A stretch of 36,299 nucleotides of DNA from a virus, in UHGV virus genome UHGV-0160579, one strand, 5' to 3'. The notes below the pieces were generated by a model that was not told the DNA's origin, made no database searches, and was given only the letters and a program-made list of their open reading frames with translations. Positions 8,865-17,999 of this stretch are shown piece after piece. Position 1 is the first letter of the stretch; each line of letters starts with the position of its first letter. A program made the translations under genes and the position numbers.

Positions 8865-9518
8865 TCACCCAAACGTCTCTTCAGGCCATTGGCTGGCGAT
8901 AACTTTCCCCACAACGGAACAACTCTCATTGCATGGGATCATTGGGTATTGTGGGTTTAGTGGCTGTAGAAACACCTGACCGCTATCCCTGATCAGTTTC
9001 TTGAAGGTAAATTCATCACCACCAAGTCTGGCTATGCAGAAATCGCCGGGCTCAACAGCTTGCTCAGGGTCAACCAGAATTAACATCCCGTCAGGAAAGC
9101 TGGGTTTGGAACCTGTTGGTGCGGTCATTGAGTTACCTTCAACCTCAAGCCAGAATGCAGAGTCACTGGCTTTTTTGGTTGTGCTTACCAATCTCTCCGC
9201 ATCGCCTTTGGTAAAGGTTCTGAGTTCTGGAGAGAACATCCCAGCCTGAACATGAGAAAAAACAGGGTACTCATATTGTTTTTTAACTGGGGCCGATGAG
9301 TATTCGCCAACAGGTGAAAATGTCCCGTCGTGGTTGAATGATATGTTATCAATACCAAGGTATTTAAACACCACACCAATATCACTAAGAGATGGATGAC
9401 GAGATCCGCGCAACCAGTGTCCAATCCCACCCTGCGTCATACCTAGCTCTTCGGCTAACTTCTCTTGAGTTATGCCGAGCTCTTTCATTCTGGATCTAGC
9501 CAGTTCATACCATTTCAT
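8865..9518 (-). CDS. cI: CI-type prophage repressor (N-terminal HTH, C-terminal S24 LexA-like autopeptidase domain)
   Basis: HTH region [23 protein letters not shown]; C-terminal ...[32 protein letters not shown]...KKL... resembles the P22 C2 and lambda CI cleavage domains (Ser/Lys dyad); the track start at 9566 is TTG, and ATG candidates are 9560, 9524 and 9518 (9518 has the best RBS spacing). Confidence 0.85.
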   Translation of the reverse strand: MKWYELARSRMKELGITQEKLAEELGMTQGGIGHWLRGSRHPSLSDIGVVFKYLGIDNISFNHDGTFSPVGEYSSAPVKKQYEYPVFSHVQAGMFSPELRTFTKGDAERLVSTTKKASDSAFWLEVEGNSMTAPTGSKPSFPDGMLILVDPEQAVEPGDFCIARLGGDEFTFKKLIRDSGQVFLQPLNPQYPMIPCNESCSVVGKVIASQWPEETFG

Positions 9519-9524
9519 TTTCAT

Positions 9525-9635
9525 GTCCTTATTATTACGCTCTGTACTGGAACCATCCATGCACAATGTGTATTTTTACTTGTATTCGCAAAGTACATAT
9601 TGTATTTTTTTATTCGTGTTTACTATGGAGGGCAT
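9525..9635. promoter_or_regulatory. Divergent OR/pR/pRM control region (pR -35 TTGTAT 9580-9585, -10 TATTTT 9603-9608; candidate operator AGTACATATTGTATT at 9592-9606)
   Basis: Intergenic region between divergent cI and cro; promoter hexamers at 17-nt spacing; operator-like element related to the OL palindrome. Confidence 0.45.
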
Positions 9636-9851
9636 ATGAGCAACCTACGAAAATATCGAGAGTCACTGAATATCTCTCAAACAACACTTGCTAAGGCAGT
9701 TGGATGCACACAGGGAGCTATCGGACATTGGGAATCTGGTCGTCGCTTCCCAGACCTTAAAACATGCCGTGCTCTTGTTGCGTGCCTAAACAAGTTAGGC
9801 GCAAAAGTCAGTCTTGATGACGTGTTCCCGCCGGAACACAAAGCCGCTTAA
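9636..9851 (+). CDS. cro: Cro-like HTH repressor (71 aa)
   Basis: ATG at 9636 preceded by GGAG; HTH ISQTTLAKAVGCTQGAIGHWESG; divergent from cI; the track ORF starting at 9465 is an unsupported upstream extension. Confidence 0.85.
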   Translation: MSNLRKYRESLNISQTTLAKAVGCTQGAIGHWESGRRFPDLKTCRALVACLNKLGAKVSLDDVFPPEHKAA

Positions 9852-9861
9852 TAAGCGGATC

Positions 9862-9907
9862 CGCTCTTTGTAACAACGGACATTCGTCCTACGTCGCTGA
9901 AAAGCGA
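9862..9907 (+). promoter_or_regulatory. nutR (boxA CGCTCTTTGTAA 9862-9873; boxB hairpin TCGCTGAAAAGCGA 9894-9907)
   Basis: boxA consensus and a GAAAA-loop boxB hairpin downstream of cro, mirroring the nutL elements. Confidence 0.6.
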
Positions 9908-9992
9908 GTTCCAAGATATCTGACCAACTAAGGCCATATGCGTTTCCACGCATACCTTTCAACTAACTATTCACTATTGGAAATCTTAAGAA

Positions 9993-10289
9993 ATGGAAAG
10001 AACAAGTTACAGCAAACTATCACAGCGTGACGTTGATCGCGCAGAAACAGATTTACTTATCAATCTGTCAGCTATTACCCAGCGCGGTCTGGCAAAGATG
10101 ATTGGCTGTCATGAATCGAAGATAAGCAGAACGGACTGGAGATTTATTGCTTCGGTCTTGTGTGCTTTCGGAATGGCATCAGACATCAGTCCGATTAGCA
10201 GGGCTTTTAAGTATGCGCTTGATGGACTCACCAATAAAAAACGCCCGGCGGCAACCGAGCGTTCTGAACAAATCCAGATGGAATTCTGA
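9993..10289 (+). CDS. cII: CII transcriptional activator
   Basis: 98 aa; C-terminal half ...LTNKKRPAATERSEQIQMEF matches lambda CII; N-terminal half divergent with HTH ...GLAKMIGCHESKISR. Confidence 0.85.
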   Translation: MERTSYSKLSQRDVDRAETDLLINLSAITQRGLAKMIGCHESKISRTDWRFIASVLCAFGMASDISPISRAFKYALDGLTNKKRPAATERSEQIQMEF

Positions 10290-10321
10290 GGTCATTACTG
10301 GATCAATCCACAGGAGTCATT

Positions 10322-11221
10322 ATGACAAATACAGCAAAAATACTCAACTTCTGCAGAGGTAACTTTGCCAAACAGGAGCGTAATGTGGCAGATCTCGATG
10401 ATGGTTACGCCAGACTATCAAATATGCTGCTTGAGGCTTATTCAGGCGCAGATCTGACCAAGCGACAGTTTAAAGTGCTGCTTGCCATTCTGCGTAAAAC
10501 CTATGGATGGAATAAACCAATGGACAGAATCACCGATTCTCAACTTAGCGAGATTACAAAGTTACCCGTCAAACGGTGCAATGAAGCCAAGTTAGAACTC
10601 GTCAGAATGAATATTATCAAGCAGCAAGGCGGCATGTTTGGACCAAATAAAAACATCTCAGAATGGTGTATCCCTCAAAACGAGGGAAAATCCCCTAAAA
10701 CGAGGGATAAAACATCCCTCAAATTGGGGGATTGCTATCCCTCAAAACAGGGGGACACAAAAGACACTATTACAAAAGAAAAAAGAAAAGATTATTCGTC
10801 AGAGAATTCTGGCGAATCCTCTGACCAGCCAGAAAACGACCTTTCTGTGGTGAAACCGGATGCTGCAATTCAGAGCGGCAGCAAGTGGGGGACAGCAGAA
10901 GACCTGACCGCCGCAGAATGGATGTTTGACATGGTGAAGACCATCGCGCCATCAGCCAGAAAACCGAATTTTGCAGGGTGGGCTAACGATATCCGCCTGA
11001 TGCGTGAACGTGACGGACGTAACCATCGCGACATGTGTGTACTGTTCCGCTGGGCATGCCAGGACAACTTCTGGTCCGGTAACGTGCTGAGCCCGGCCAA
11101 ACTCCGCGACAAGTGGACCCAGCTCGAAATCAACCGTAACAAGCAACAGGCAGGTGTGACAGCCTGCAAACCAAAACTCGACCTGACAAACACTGACTGG
11201 ATTTACGGGGTGGATTTATGA
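10322..11221 (+). CDS. O: Replication initiator O
   Basis: 299 aa; matches lambda O protein (MTNTAKILNF.RGNFA.QERNVADLDDGYARLSNMLLEAYSGADLTKRQFKVLLAILRKTYGWNKPMDRITDSQLSEITKLPVKRCNEAKLELVRMNIIKQQGGMFGPNKNISEWCIPQNEGKSPKTRDKTSLKL...); contains the ori iterons. Confidence 0.95.
   Translation: MTNTAKILNFCRGNFAKQERNVADLDDGYARLSNMLLEAYSGADLTKRQFKVLLAILRKTYGWNKPMDRITDSQLSEITKLPVKRCNEAKLELVRMNIIKQQGGMFGPNKNISEWCIPQNEGKSPKTRDKTSLKLGDCYPSKQGDTKDTITKEKRKDYSSENSGESSDQPENDLSVVKPDAAIQSGSKWGTAEDLTAAEWMFDMVKTIAPSARKPNFAGWANDIRLMRERDGRNHRDMCVLFRWACQDNFWSGNVLSPAKLRDKWTQLEINRNKQQAGVTACKPKLDLTNTDWIYGVDL
10671..10800 (+). repeat. ori-lambda: four ~18-bp iterons (TCCCTCAAAACGAGGGA-type inverted repeats at 10671-10687, 10691-10707, 10714-10731, 10738-10756) followed by an AT-rich unwinding region
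   Basis: Repeats read directly from sequence inside O; followed by an A-rich tract 10761-10800. Confidence 0.9.
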
Positions 11222-11919
11222 AAAACATCGCCGCACAGATGGTTAATTTTGACCGTGAGCAGATGCGTCGGATCGCCAACAACATGCCGGAACAGTACGA
11301 CGAAAAGCCGCAGGTACAGCAGGTAGCGCAGATCATCAACGGTGTGTTCAGCCAGTTACTGGCAACTTTCCCGGCGAGTCTGGCTAACCGTGACCAGAAC
11401 GAACTGAACGAAATCCGCCGCCAGTGGGTTCTGGCTTTCCGGGAAAACGGGATCACCACAATGGAACAGGTTAACGCAGGAATGCGCGTAGCCCGTCGGC
11501 AGAATCGACCATTTCTGCCATCACCCGGGCAGTTTGTTGCATGGTGCCGGGAAGAAGCATCCGTTATCGCCGGACTGCCAAACGTCAGCGAGCTGGTTGA
11601 TATGGTTTACGAGTATTGCCGGAAGCGAGGCCTGTATCCGGATGCAGAGTCTTATCCGTGGAAATCGAACGCGCACTACTGGCTGGTTACCAACCTGTAC
11701 CAGAACATGCGGGCCAATGCGCTGACTGACGCGGAATTACGACGCAAGGCTGCCGATGAACTGACCTGTATGACAGCGCGAATTAACCGTGGTGAGACGA
11801 TACCTGAACCAGTAAAACAACTTCCTGTCATGGGCGGCAGACCTCTAAATCGTGTTCAGGCGCTGGCGAAGATCGCAGAAATTAAAGCTAAGTTAGGACT
11901 GAAAGGAGCAAGTGTATGA
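11218..11919 (+). CDS. P: Replication protein P (DnaB helicase loader)
   Basis: 233 aa; matches lambda P (MKNIAAQMVNFDREQMRRIANNMPEQYDEKPQVQQVAQIINGVFSQLLATFPASLANRDQNELNEIRRQWVLAFRENGITTMEQ...). Confidence 0.95.
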   Translation: MKNIAAQMVNFDREQMRRIANNMPEQYDEKPQVQQVAQIINGVFSQLLATFPASLANRDQNELNEIRRQWVLAFRENGITTMEQVNAGMRVARRQNRPFLPSPGQFVAWCREEASVIAGLPNVSELVDMVYEYCRKRGLYPDAESYPWKSNAHYWLVTNLYQNMRANALTDAELRRKAADELTCMTARINRGETIPEPVKQLPVMGGRPLNRVQALAKIAEIKAKLGLKGASV

Positions 11920-12206
11920 CGGGCAAAGAGGCAATTATTCATTACCTGGGGACGCATAATAGCTTCTGTGCGCCGGACGTTGCCGCGCTAACAGGCGCAA
12001 CAGTAACCAGCATAAATCAGGCCGCGGCTAAAATGGCACGGGCAGGTCTTCTGGTTATCGAAGGTAAGGTCTGGCGAACGGTGTATTACCGGTTTGCTAC
12101 CAAGGAAGAACGGGAAGGAAAGATGAGCACGAACCTGATTTTTAAGGAGTGTCGCCAGAGTGCCACGATGAAACGGATATTGGCGGTATATGGAGTTAAA
12201 AGATGA
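11916..12206 (+). CDS. ren: Ren (Rex exclusion escape)
   Basis: 96 aa; matches lambda Ren (MTGKEAIIHYLGTHNSFCAPDVAALTGATVTSINQAAAKMARAGLLVIEGKVWRTVYYRFAT.EEREGKMSTNL.FKECRQSA.MKR.LAVYGVKR). Confidence 0.9.
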   Translation: MTGKEAIIHYLGTHNSFCAPDVAALTGATVTSINQAAAKMARAGLLVIEGKVWRTVYYRFATKEEREGKMSTNLIFKECRQSATMKRILAVYGVKR

Positions 12207-12230
12207 CCATCTACATCACTGAGCTAATAA

Positions 12231-12262
12231 CAGGCCTGCAGGTAATCGCAGGCCTTTTTATT
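12231..12262 (+). terminator. tR2-like intrinsic terminator (GGCCTGC-N8-GCAGGCC followed by TTTTTATTT)
   Basis: GC-rich hairpin plus T-tract between ren and ninB, the lambda tR2 position. Confidence 0.7.
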
Positions 12263-12279
12263 TGGGGGAGAGGGAAGTC

Positions 12280-12720
12280 ATGAAAAAACTAACCTTTGAA
12301 ATTCGATCTCCGGCACATCAGCAAAACGCTATTCACGCAGTACAGCAAATCCTTCCAGACCCAACCAAACCAATCGTAGTAACCATTCAGGAACGCAACC
12401 GCAGCTTAGACCAAAACAGGAAGCTATGGGCCTGCTTAGGTGACGTCTCTCGTCAGGTTGAATGGCATGGTCGCTGGCTGGATGCAGAAAGCTGGAAGTG
12501 TGTGTTTACCGCAGCATTAAAGCAGCAGGATGTTGTTCCTAACCTTGCCGGGAATGGCTTTGTGGTAATAGGCCAGTCAACCAGCAGGATGCGTGTAAGC
12601 GAATTTGCGGAGCTATTAGAGCTTATACAGGCATTCGGTACAGAGCGTGGCGTTAAGTGGTCAGACGAAGCGCGACTGGCTCTCGAATGGAAAGCGCGAT
12701 GGGGAGATCGGGCTGCATGA
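12280..12720 (+). CDS. ninB: NinB (Orf; recombination mediator)
   Basis: ATG at 12280 after RBS GAGAGGGAAG; matches lambda NinB (MKKLTFEIRSPAHQQNAIHAVQQILPDPTKPIVVTIQERNRSLDQNRKLWACLGDVSRQVEWHGRWLDAESWKCVFTAALKQQD...). Confidence 0.9.
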   Translation: MKKLTFEIRSPAHQQNAIHAVQQILPDPTKPIVVTIQERNRSLDQNRKLWACLGDVSRQVEWHGRWLDAESWKCVFTAALKQQDVVPNLAGNGFVVIGQSTSRMRVSEFAELLELIQAFGTERGVKWSDEARLALEWKARWGDRAA

Positions 12721-13244
12721 CTATCAAATCAAATACGCCAGCACACGACAAGGACTGCTGGCAAACGCCGCTTTGGCTTTTTGATGCACTGGATATTGAG
12801 TTTGGATTCTGGCTGGATTCGGCAGCGAGCGACAAAAATGCTCTGTGCGCTCACTGGCTAACTGAGGACGACGACGCGCTCAATTCTGAGTGGGTAAGCC
12901 ACGGTGCAATCTGGAATAACCCACCGTACAGCAATATCAGGCCGTGGGTGGAAAAAGCCGCTGAGCAGTGTATACAACAGCGACAGACGGTAGTGATGCT
13001 TGTGCCAGAGGATATGTCTGTCGGATGGTTCAGCAAGGCTCTGGAGAGTGTTGACGAAGTTCGTATTATCACTGATGGACGGATTAATTTTATCGAACCA
13101 TCGACAGGGCTGGAGAAGAAGGGAAACAGCAAAGGCTCCATGCTGCTGATTTGGCGACCGTTCATCAGTCCTCGACGGATGTTTACTACCGTATCCAAAG
13201 CGGCATTGATGGCGATCGGGCAGGGCGTCAGGAGGGCTGCATGA
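12717..13244 (+). CDS. Orphan DNA N6-adenine methyltransferase (Dam-like)
   Basis: 175 aa from the ATG at 12717 (ATGA overlap with ninB stop); catalytic NPPY motif ([10 protein letters not shown]); no adjacent restriction endonuclease gene. Confidence 0.85.
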   Translation: MTIKSNTPAHDKDCWQTPLWLFDALDIEFGFWLDSAASDKNALCAHWLTEDDDALNSEWVSHGAIWNNPPYSNIRPWVEKAAEQCIQQRQTVVMLVPEDMSVGWFSKALESVDEVRIITDGRINFIEPSTGLEKKGNSKGSMLLIWRPFISPRRMFTTVSKAALMAIGQGVRRAA

Positions 13245-13417
13245 GACGACAGCGACGAAGCATCACCGACATAATCTGCGAAAACTGCAAATACCTTCCA
13301 ACGAAACGCTCCAGAAATAAACGCAAGCTAATCCCAAAAGAATCTGACGTAAAAACCTTCAATTACACAGCCCACCTGTGGGATATCCGGTGGCTAAGAT
13401 ATCGTGCGAGGAAATGA
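13241..13417 (+). CDS. ninE: NinE
   Basis: 58 aa from the ATG at 13241; [58 protein letters not shown] matches lambda NinE. Confidence 0.85.
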   Translation: MRRQRRSITDIICENCKYLPTKRSRNKRKLIPKESDVKTFNYTAHLWDIRWLRYRARK

Positions 13418-13419
13418 CA

Positions 13420-13761
13420 ATGGATTATTCACAGTTAAGTGATTTTGAAATTAACAGAATGGTAGGAGACATAATTTTTAAAGGCCTTTGGGCAAGTAAA
13501 CCGGAAACATCAGGGAATAACACCAACAAATGGTATTACGGAAATGCTGATACAACTTTTGAGCCATTAAATCATTTGCCTGACTACTGCAATGATCCGA
13601 GCGCTTCATGGCCGATTATTGAGAAATACAGGATTTCTATCTTAGACCAGTTAACTGAATGGTGTGTGGATGCAAAAGGCGTAAGCCCAATATTTGATAC
13701 CAGACCTCTCCGCGCCGCCATGATTGTCTTTCTCCTGATGCAGGAGGCCAATAATGCTTAG
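13420..13761 (+). CDS. Hypothetical phage protein (about 113 aa), AT-rich
   Basis: ORF following ninE; start chosen at the ATG with the best RBS spacing (13420; alternative 13414); no motif recognised. Confidence 0.55.
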   Translation: MDYSQLSDFEINRMVGDIIFKGLWASKPETSGNNTNKWYYGNADTTFEPLNHLPDYCNDPSASWPIIEKYRISILDQLTEWCVDAKGVSPIFDTRPLRAAMIVFLLMQEANNA

Positions 13762-13948
13762 CCCATCTCAATCCCTTCAATACCTGAAAGAAAGCATAGA
13801 GCGGGCTTCAATGTGCACAGAGTGGATTCTATCTAGGTTTAGCGCATACAGAAGATTGCCGGTAAAGGGCATGCCAAGCAAGTCGATGCTGCATATGCAA
13901 AAGAATGCGCGCTGGAAGGTATGGCGAGAACACAGGTTATGTGGCTGA
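13754..13948 (+). CDS. NinF-like protein with a divergent C-terminus
   Basis: N-terminus [18 protein letters not shown] matches lambda NinF, but the remainder lacks the Cys-rich NinF tail I recall; good RBS (CAGGAGG). Confidence 0.5.
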   Translation: MLSPSQSLQYLKESIERASMCTEWILSRFSAYRRLPVKGMPSKSMLHMQKNARWKVWREHRLCG

Positions 13949-13967
13949 AAGAGGGGGTTATTAAGGC

Positions 13968-14330
13968 GTGAATACCTACAGCATCACATTACCCTGGCCT
14001 CCGAGCAATAATCGCTATTACCGCCATAATCGCGGGCGCACGCACGTCAGCGCAGAGGGGCAGGCATACCGCGATAACGTCGCCCGAATCATTAAAAACG
14101 CAATGCTGGATATCGGCCTGGCTATGCCTGTGAAAATCCGCATTGAGTGCCACATGCCGGATCGCCGTCGCCGTGACCTGGATAATCTGCAAAAAGCCGC
14201 TTTTGACGCACTCACTAAAGCAGGTTTCTGGCTGGATGATGCTCAGGTCGTTGATTACCGCGTTGTGAAGATGCCTGTTACCAAAGGTGGGAGGCTGGAA
14301 CTGACCATCACCGAAATGGGGAATGAATGA
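13968..14330 (+). CDS. rusA: RusA Holliday-junction resolvase
   Basis: 120 aa, GTG start; matches E. coli DLP12 RusA ([46 protein letters not shown]...) with the catalytic acidic residues (DLDN, D..DD). Confidence 0.95.
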   Translation: MNTYSITLPWPPSNNRYYRHNRGRTHVSAEGQAYRDNVARIIKNAMLDIGLAMPVKIRIECHMPDRRRRDLDNLQKAAFDALTKAGFWLDDAQVVDYRVVKMPVTKGGRLELTITEMGNE

Positions 14331-14467
14331 TGTTTGAGTTTAATATGGCAGAACTTCTTCGCCACCGCTGGGGGCGTCTGCGCTTATATCGTTTCCTCGG
14401 TTCTGTTTTGACCGATTACCGAATACTGAAGAATTACGCCAAAACCCTGACAGGAACAGGAGTATGA
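14327..14467 (+). CDS. Small protein (46 aa), YlcG-like by position between rusA and Q
   Basis: Hand-translated [49 protein letters not shown] with ATGA overlap to the rusA stop; size and position match DLP12 ylcG. Confidence 0.4.
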   Translation: MMFEFNMAELLRHRWGRLRLYRFLGSVLTDYRILKNYAKTLTGTGV

Positions 14468-14552
14468 AGTCAGAGATAACAATCAACTAATACTGTTTTG
14501 TTGATTTTTGCTTGTAATTGGCGTTCTGGTCTGATTTTTGTGGAGTAAGTTG

Positions 14553-14936
14553 ATGCGTGATATTCAGATGGTTCTTGAGCGTTGGGGTGCGTGGGCGGCT
14601 AATAATCATGAAGATGTGACCTGGTCGTCCATTGCCGCCGGTTTTAAGGGATTAATTCCTTCAAAAGTAAAATCTCGCCCGCAATGTTGTGACGATGACG
14701 CGATGATCATTTGCGGGTGCATGGCCCGTCTGAAAAAGAACAACAGCGATTTACACGATTTATTAGTAGATTATTATGTATGTGGTATGACATTCATGTC
14801 ACTGGCAAGTAAGCATTGCTGCTCGGATGGTTATATCGGGAAAAGGTTACAGAAGGCTGAGGGCATAATTGAAGGGATGTTAATGGCATTAGATATCCGG
14901 TTAGATATGGATATCGTTGCTAATAATTCTAATTGA
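14553..14936 (+). CDS. Q: Late-gene antiterminator Q (non-lambda Q family, phage 21/82/DLP12-like)
   Basis: 127 aa from the ATG at 14553 (RBS TGGAG); Cys-rich zinc-binding region ([12 protein letters not shown]...C...CC); located between rusA and the lysis region. Confidence 0.8.
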   Translation: MRDIQMVLERWGAWAANNHEDVTWSSIAAGFKGLIPSKVKSRPQCCDDDAMIICGCMARLKKNNSDLHDLLVDYYVCGMTFMSLASKHCCSDGYIGKRLQKAEGIIEGMLMALDIRLDMDIVANNSN

Positions 14937-14968
14937 TATGCAATTGTTTACTAAAAGTTATTAAAAAT

Positions 14969-14986
14969 GGGGCGTGGAAACGCCCC
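14969..14986 (-). terminator. Candidate minus-strand terminator downstream of the porin gene (GGGGCGT-GGAA-ACGCCCC hairpin with a minus-strand T-run)
   Basis: Inverted repeat followed on the minus strand by the complement of TTAAAAAT (14961-14968). Confidence 0.4.
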
Positions 14987-15073
14987 CAAAATAAAGGGTA
15001 ATATATAACAGAAGGTTTATATAGTAAGAAGCAAGGTAGTGCTTCTAAAGGAAGTGGCTTGAGGGCTCCACTT

Positions 15074-15112
15074 ATATGTTGCGGAGGCAAAGCCTCCCGC
15101 AACATATCTTTT
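15074..15112 (+). terminator. tR'-like intrinsic terminator downstream of Q (ATATGTTGCGGAGGC-AAA-GCCTCCGCAACATAT hairpin followed by CTTTTT)
   Basis: Long perfect inverted repeat with a plus-strand T-tract; the late promoter pR' is expected in the roughly 130 nt between Q and this element. Confidence 0.65.
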
Positions 15113-15124
15113 TCGTAAGTCAGA

Positions 15125-16207
15125 TTAGAACTGATAAACCAGACCTACAGCGACGATGTCGTCGGTATCAATACCAGCTGTTTTGGTAAACTTACTATCG
15201 TCAATTAAGTTGATTTTGTAATCAACAAAAGTGGACATGTTTTTATTAAAGTAGTAAGTAGCACCGACATCGACATACTTGACTAAGTCTCGGTCACCAT
15301 GAACACCAAGGTCTTTACCTTTTGACTGAAGGTAAGCAACAGATGGACGCAGACCGAAGTCAAACTGATATTGTGCTACTGCTTCAAAGTTTTGTGCTTT
15401 GTTTGCAATATGGTTATTACCAAAAACGGTCATATTCTGAGTTTCAGAATATGTGGTAGCCAGATAGATATTGTTCGCATCATATTTCAGGCCTGCAGCC
15501 CATACTTCCGCATTTTTGCCGGAGGCATTGAATTTGCTCTTACCATAGGCGACCTGACCGTCAGTGCGATCTGATTTAGCATAGGTTGCACCCACGCCGA
15601 ATCCTTCATACTCATAAGTAGTGGAGAAACCGAAACCATCACCATTGGCTTCAGTTACGTCAGTGCGGTCATTTTTACCCTGATACTGAGCAGCAAAGTT
15701 CAGGCCATCGACCAGACCAAAGAAGTCGTTGTTACGATAAGTTGCAACACCAGTAGTGCGACCAGTCATGAACACATCTGTTTGGGTCCAGGTATCACCA
15801 CCGAATTCTGGCAGAACGTCAGTCCACGCACCGATGTCGTATGCTACACCGTAGTTACGGCCGTAATCGATTGAGCCGTAATCACCAAATTTCAGGCCTG
15901 CAAATGCAAGACGGGTTTTGTCTTTGGAAGAACCTTGAGATTCAGCACGGTTGCCTTTGAATTCATATTCCCACTGACCGAAACCAGTCAGTTGATCGTT
16001 GATTTGGGTTTCACCTTTGAAGCCAAGACGGGCATAAGTAGTATCACCATCATCTGCATCATTAGAGGAGAAGTAGTGCTTGGCATTAACTTTCCCGTAT
16101 AGATCCAGCTTGTTACTGTCTTTATTATAAATTTCAGCTGCCTGAGCAGACATCGCCATCAGTACTGATGCAGCTACAGCAGAAATTGCCACTGTTAATT
16201 TTTTCAT
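15125..16207 (-). CDS. nmpC: Outer-membrane general porin (OmpC/OmpF family; NmpC/Lc-type phage porin)
   Basis: ATG at 16207 gives a signal peptide [23 protein letters not shown], porin-type beta-barrel sequence and C-terminal ...VAVGLVYQF; the track start at 16267 is an unsupported extension; located between Q and the holin as in DLP12 and PA-2. Confidence 0.9.
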   Translation of the reverse strand: MKKLTVAISAVAASVLMAMSAQAAEIYNKDSNKLDLYGKVNAKHYFSSNDADDGDTTYARLGFKGETQINDQLTGFGQWEYEFKGNRAESQGSSKDKTRLAFAGLKFGDYGSIDYGRNYGVAYDIGAWTDVLPEFGGDTWTQTDVFMTGRTTGVATYRNNDFFGLVDGLNFAAQYQGKNDRTDVTEANGDGFGFSTTYEYEGFGVGATYAKSDRTDGQVAYGKSKFNASGKNAEVWAAGLKYDANNIYLATTYSETQNMTVFGNNHIANKAQNFEAVAQYQFDFGLRPSVAYLQSKGKDLGVHGDRDLVKYVDVGATYYFNKNMSTFVDYKINLIDDSKFTKTAGIDTDDIVAVGLVYQF

Positions 16208-16633
16208 TGTACGCCCTTTTTTTGAACTATTATTAAAAAATGATGTCACTGCGCGATAAATATTCATCTAATCAATGTGATTATTTCAAGATGTAAGTTT
16301 TAGTTTCTCATTTAATTTGTGAAGTAGATCTCTATTTTTATCTGAACCTTTTCTATCTAATCCTATTCATGGCTCTTGTCTGAACAAAAATAAATCTATT
16401 AGCTAATTTATATTAATGGCACTTATTTATAAGTGCTCTATAATTCTTTAGCTTAATTTAAACAAACTAAAAATAACATCGGAAATTATTAACTGGTTAT
16501 TTGTTGAAGTTTTCTTATGCATTTGTGGTGGTGTTTTGAACACTCGGTGGCATTCTCACAAATATCATTTAGTAGTTTACGTACGTAAAAAATTGGTTAT
16601 GCTGTTAAGAGTGGTTACTTCGTCACACAGCTT

Positions 16634-16667
16634 AAACCCGCCGTCGAGCGGGTTTTTCCATTTTTTG
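16634..16667 (+). terminator. Intrinsic terminator-like hairpin (AAACCCGC-CGTCGA-GCGGGTTT followed by TTCCATTTTTT) upstream of the holin
   Basis: GC stem plus T-tract on the plus strand in the AT-rich spacer between porin and holin. Confidence 0.5.
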
Positions 16668-16795
16668 AGTCTCGATATTAGCTGATAACCCAATACCTGA
16701 GTTATTCACTGACTCCGAATCTGTTACGTTTCTGCCTTTATTGCGATACGTAGTATCCCCTTAATTTACACCCGCTTTGTCTGCGAGGTGGGGTT

Positions 16796-17011
16796 ATGAA
16801 ATCCATGGATAAGTTAACAACGGGTGTCGCCTATGGTACCTCAGCAGGTAGTGCCGGGTACTGGTTTTTACAGTTGCTCGATAAAGTCACGCCCTCACAG
16901 TGGGCGGCAATAGGTGTGCTGGGTAGCCTGGTATTTGGCCTGCTGACGTACCTGACAAACCTTTATTTCAAGATTAAAGAAGATAAGCGCAAGGCTGCGA
17001 GAGGTGAATAA
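16796..17011 (+). CDS. S: Class II holin (phage 21 S-like, pinholin type)
   Basis: 71 aa; two transmembrane segments and a charged C-terminus; matches the phage 21/DLP12 EssD holin pattern ([25 protein letters not shown]...[35 protein letters not shown]). Confidence 0.9.
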
Positions 17012-17508
17012 TGCCTCCATCATTACGAAAAGCCGTTGCTGCTGCTATTGGTGGCGGAGCAATTGCTATAGCATCAGTGTTAATCACTGGCCCAAGTGGT
17101 AACGATGGTCTGGAAGGTGTCAGCTACATACCATACAAAGATATTGTTGGTGTATGGACTGTATGTCACGGGCATACAGGAAAAGACATCATGCTCGGTA
17201 AAACGTATACCAAAGCAGAATGCAAAGCCCTCCTGAATAAAGACCTTGCCACGGTCGCCAGACAAATTAACCCGTACATCAAAGTCGATATACCGGAAAC
17301 AATGCGCGGCGCTCTTTACTCATTCGTTTACAACGTGGGTGCTGGCAATTTCAGAACATCGACGCTTCTTCGCAAAATAAACCAGGGCGATATCAAAGGC
17401 GCATGTGATCAGCTACGTCGCTGGACATATGCTGGCGGTAAGCAATGGAAAGGTCTCATGACTCGTCGTGAGATTGAGCGTGAAATCTGTTTGTGGGGTC
17501 AGCAATGA
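17011..17508 (+). CDS. R: SAR endolysin (lysozyme, glycoside hydrolase family 24, signal-anchor-release type)
   Basis: 165 aa; N-terminal Gly/Ala-rich weakly hydrophobic SAR segment ([20 protein letters not shown]); T4-lysozyme-like catalytic region; overlaps the holin stop. Confidence 0.9.
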   Translation: MPPSLRKAVAAAIGGGAIAIASVLITGPSGNDGLEGVSYIPYKDIVGVWTVCHGHTGKDIMLGKTYTKAECKALLNKDLATVARQINPYIKVDIPETMRGALYSFVYNVGAGNFRTSTLLRKINQGDIKGACDQLRRWTYAGGKQWKGLMTRREIEREICLWGQQ

Positions 17509-17999
17509 ACAGAGTAACCGCGATTATCTCCGCTCTGGTTATCTGCATCATCGTCTGCCTGTCATGGGCTGTTAATCATTACCGTGATAACGCCATTACC
17601 TACAAAGCCCAGCGCGACAAAAATGCCAGAGAACTGACGCTGGCGAACGCGGTAATTACTGACATACAGATGCGTCAGCGTGATGTTGCTGCGCTCGATG
17701 CAAAATACACGAAGGAGTTAGCTGATGCGAAAGCTGAAAATGATGCTCTGCGTGATGATGTTGCCGCTGGTCGTAAGCGCCTGCGGGTCAACGCCACCTG
17801 CCCCGGTACCGTGCGTGAAGCCACCGGCACCTCCAGCGTGGATAATGCAACCGGCCCCCGACTGGCAGACACCGCTGAACGGGATTATTTCATCCTCAGA
17901 GAACGGTTGATGACAATGCAGAAGCAGCTGGAAGGGGCGCAGGAATATATCCGCACTCAGTGCACTAAGCTGGCTTTTTATTATCCGGAGGATACATGA
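17505..17999 (+). CDS. Rz: Rz i-spanin (inner-membrane spanin subunit)
   Basis: ATG at 17505 (the track start at 17493 is GTG); N-terminal transmembrane segment, coiled-coil-rich periplasmic domain; Rz1 embedded in the +1 frame. Confidence 0.85.
   Translation: MNRVTAIISALVICIIVCLSWAVNHYRDNAITYKAQRDKNARELTLANAVITDIQMRQRDVAALDAKYTKELADAKAENDALRDDVAAGRKRLRVNATCPGTVREATGTSSVDNATGPRLADTAERDYFILRERLMTMQKQLEGAQEYIRTQCTKLAFYYPEDT
17725..17910 (+). CDS. Rz1: Rz1 o-spanin (outer-membrane lipoprotein, embedded in Rz)
   Basis: RBS AAGGAG 7 nt upstream of the ATG; lipobox LVVSAC followed by a proline-rich mature region; fully embedded in Rz out of frame. Confidence 0.85.
   Translation: MRKLKMMLCVMMLPLVVSACGSTPPAPVPCVKPPAPPAWIMQPAPDWQTPLNGIISSSENG

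Noticed and set aside
10870-11459. Minus-strand ORFs (107, 64 and 109 aa) inside the O/P junction
   Set aside because: Antisense to lambda O and P; not present in lambda annotation.
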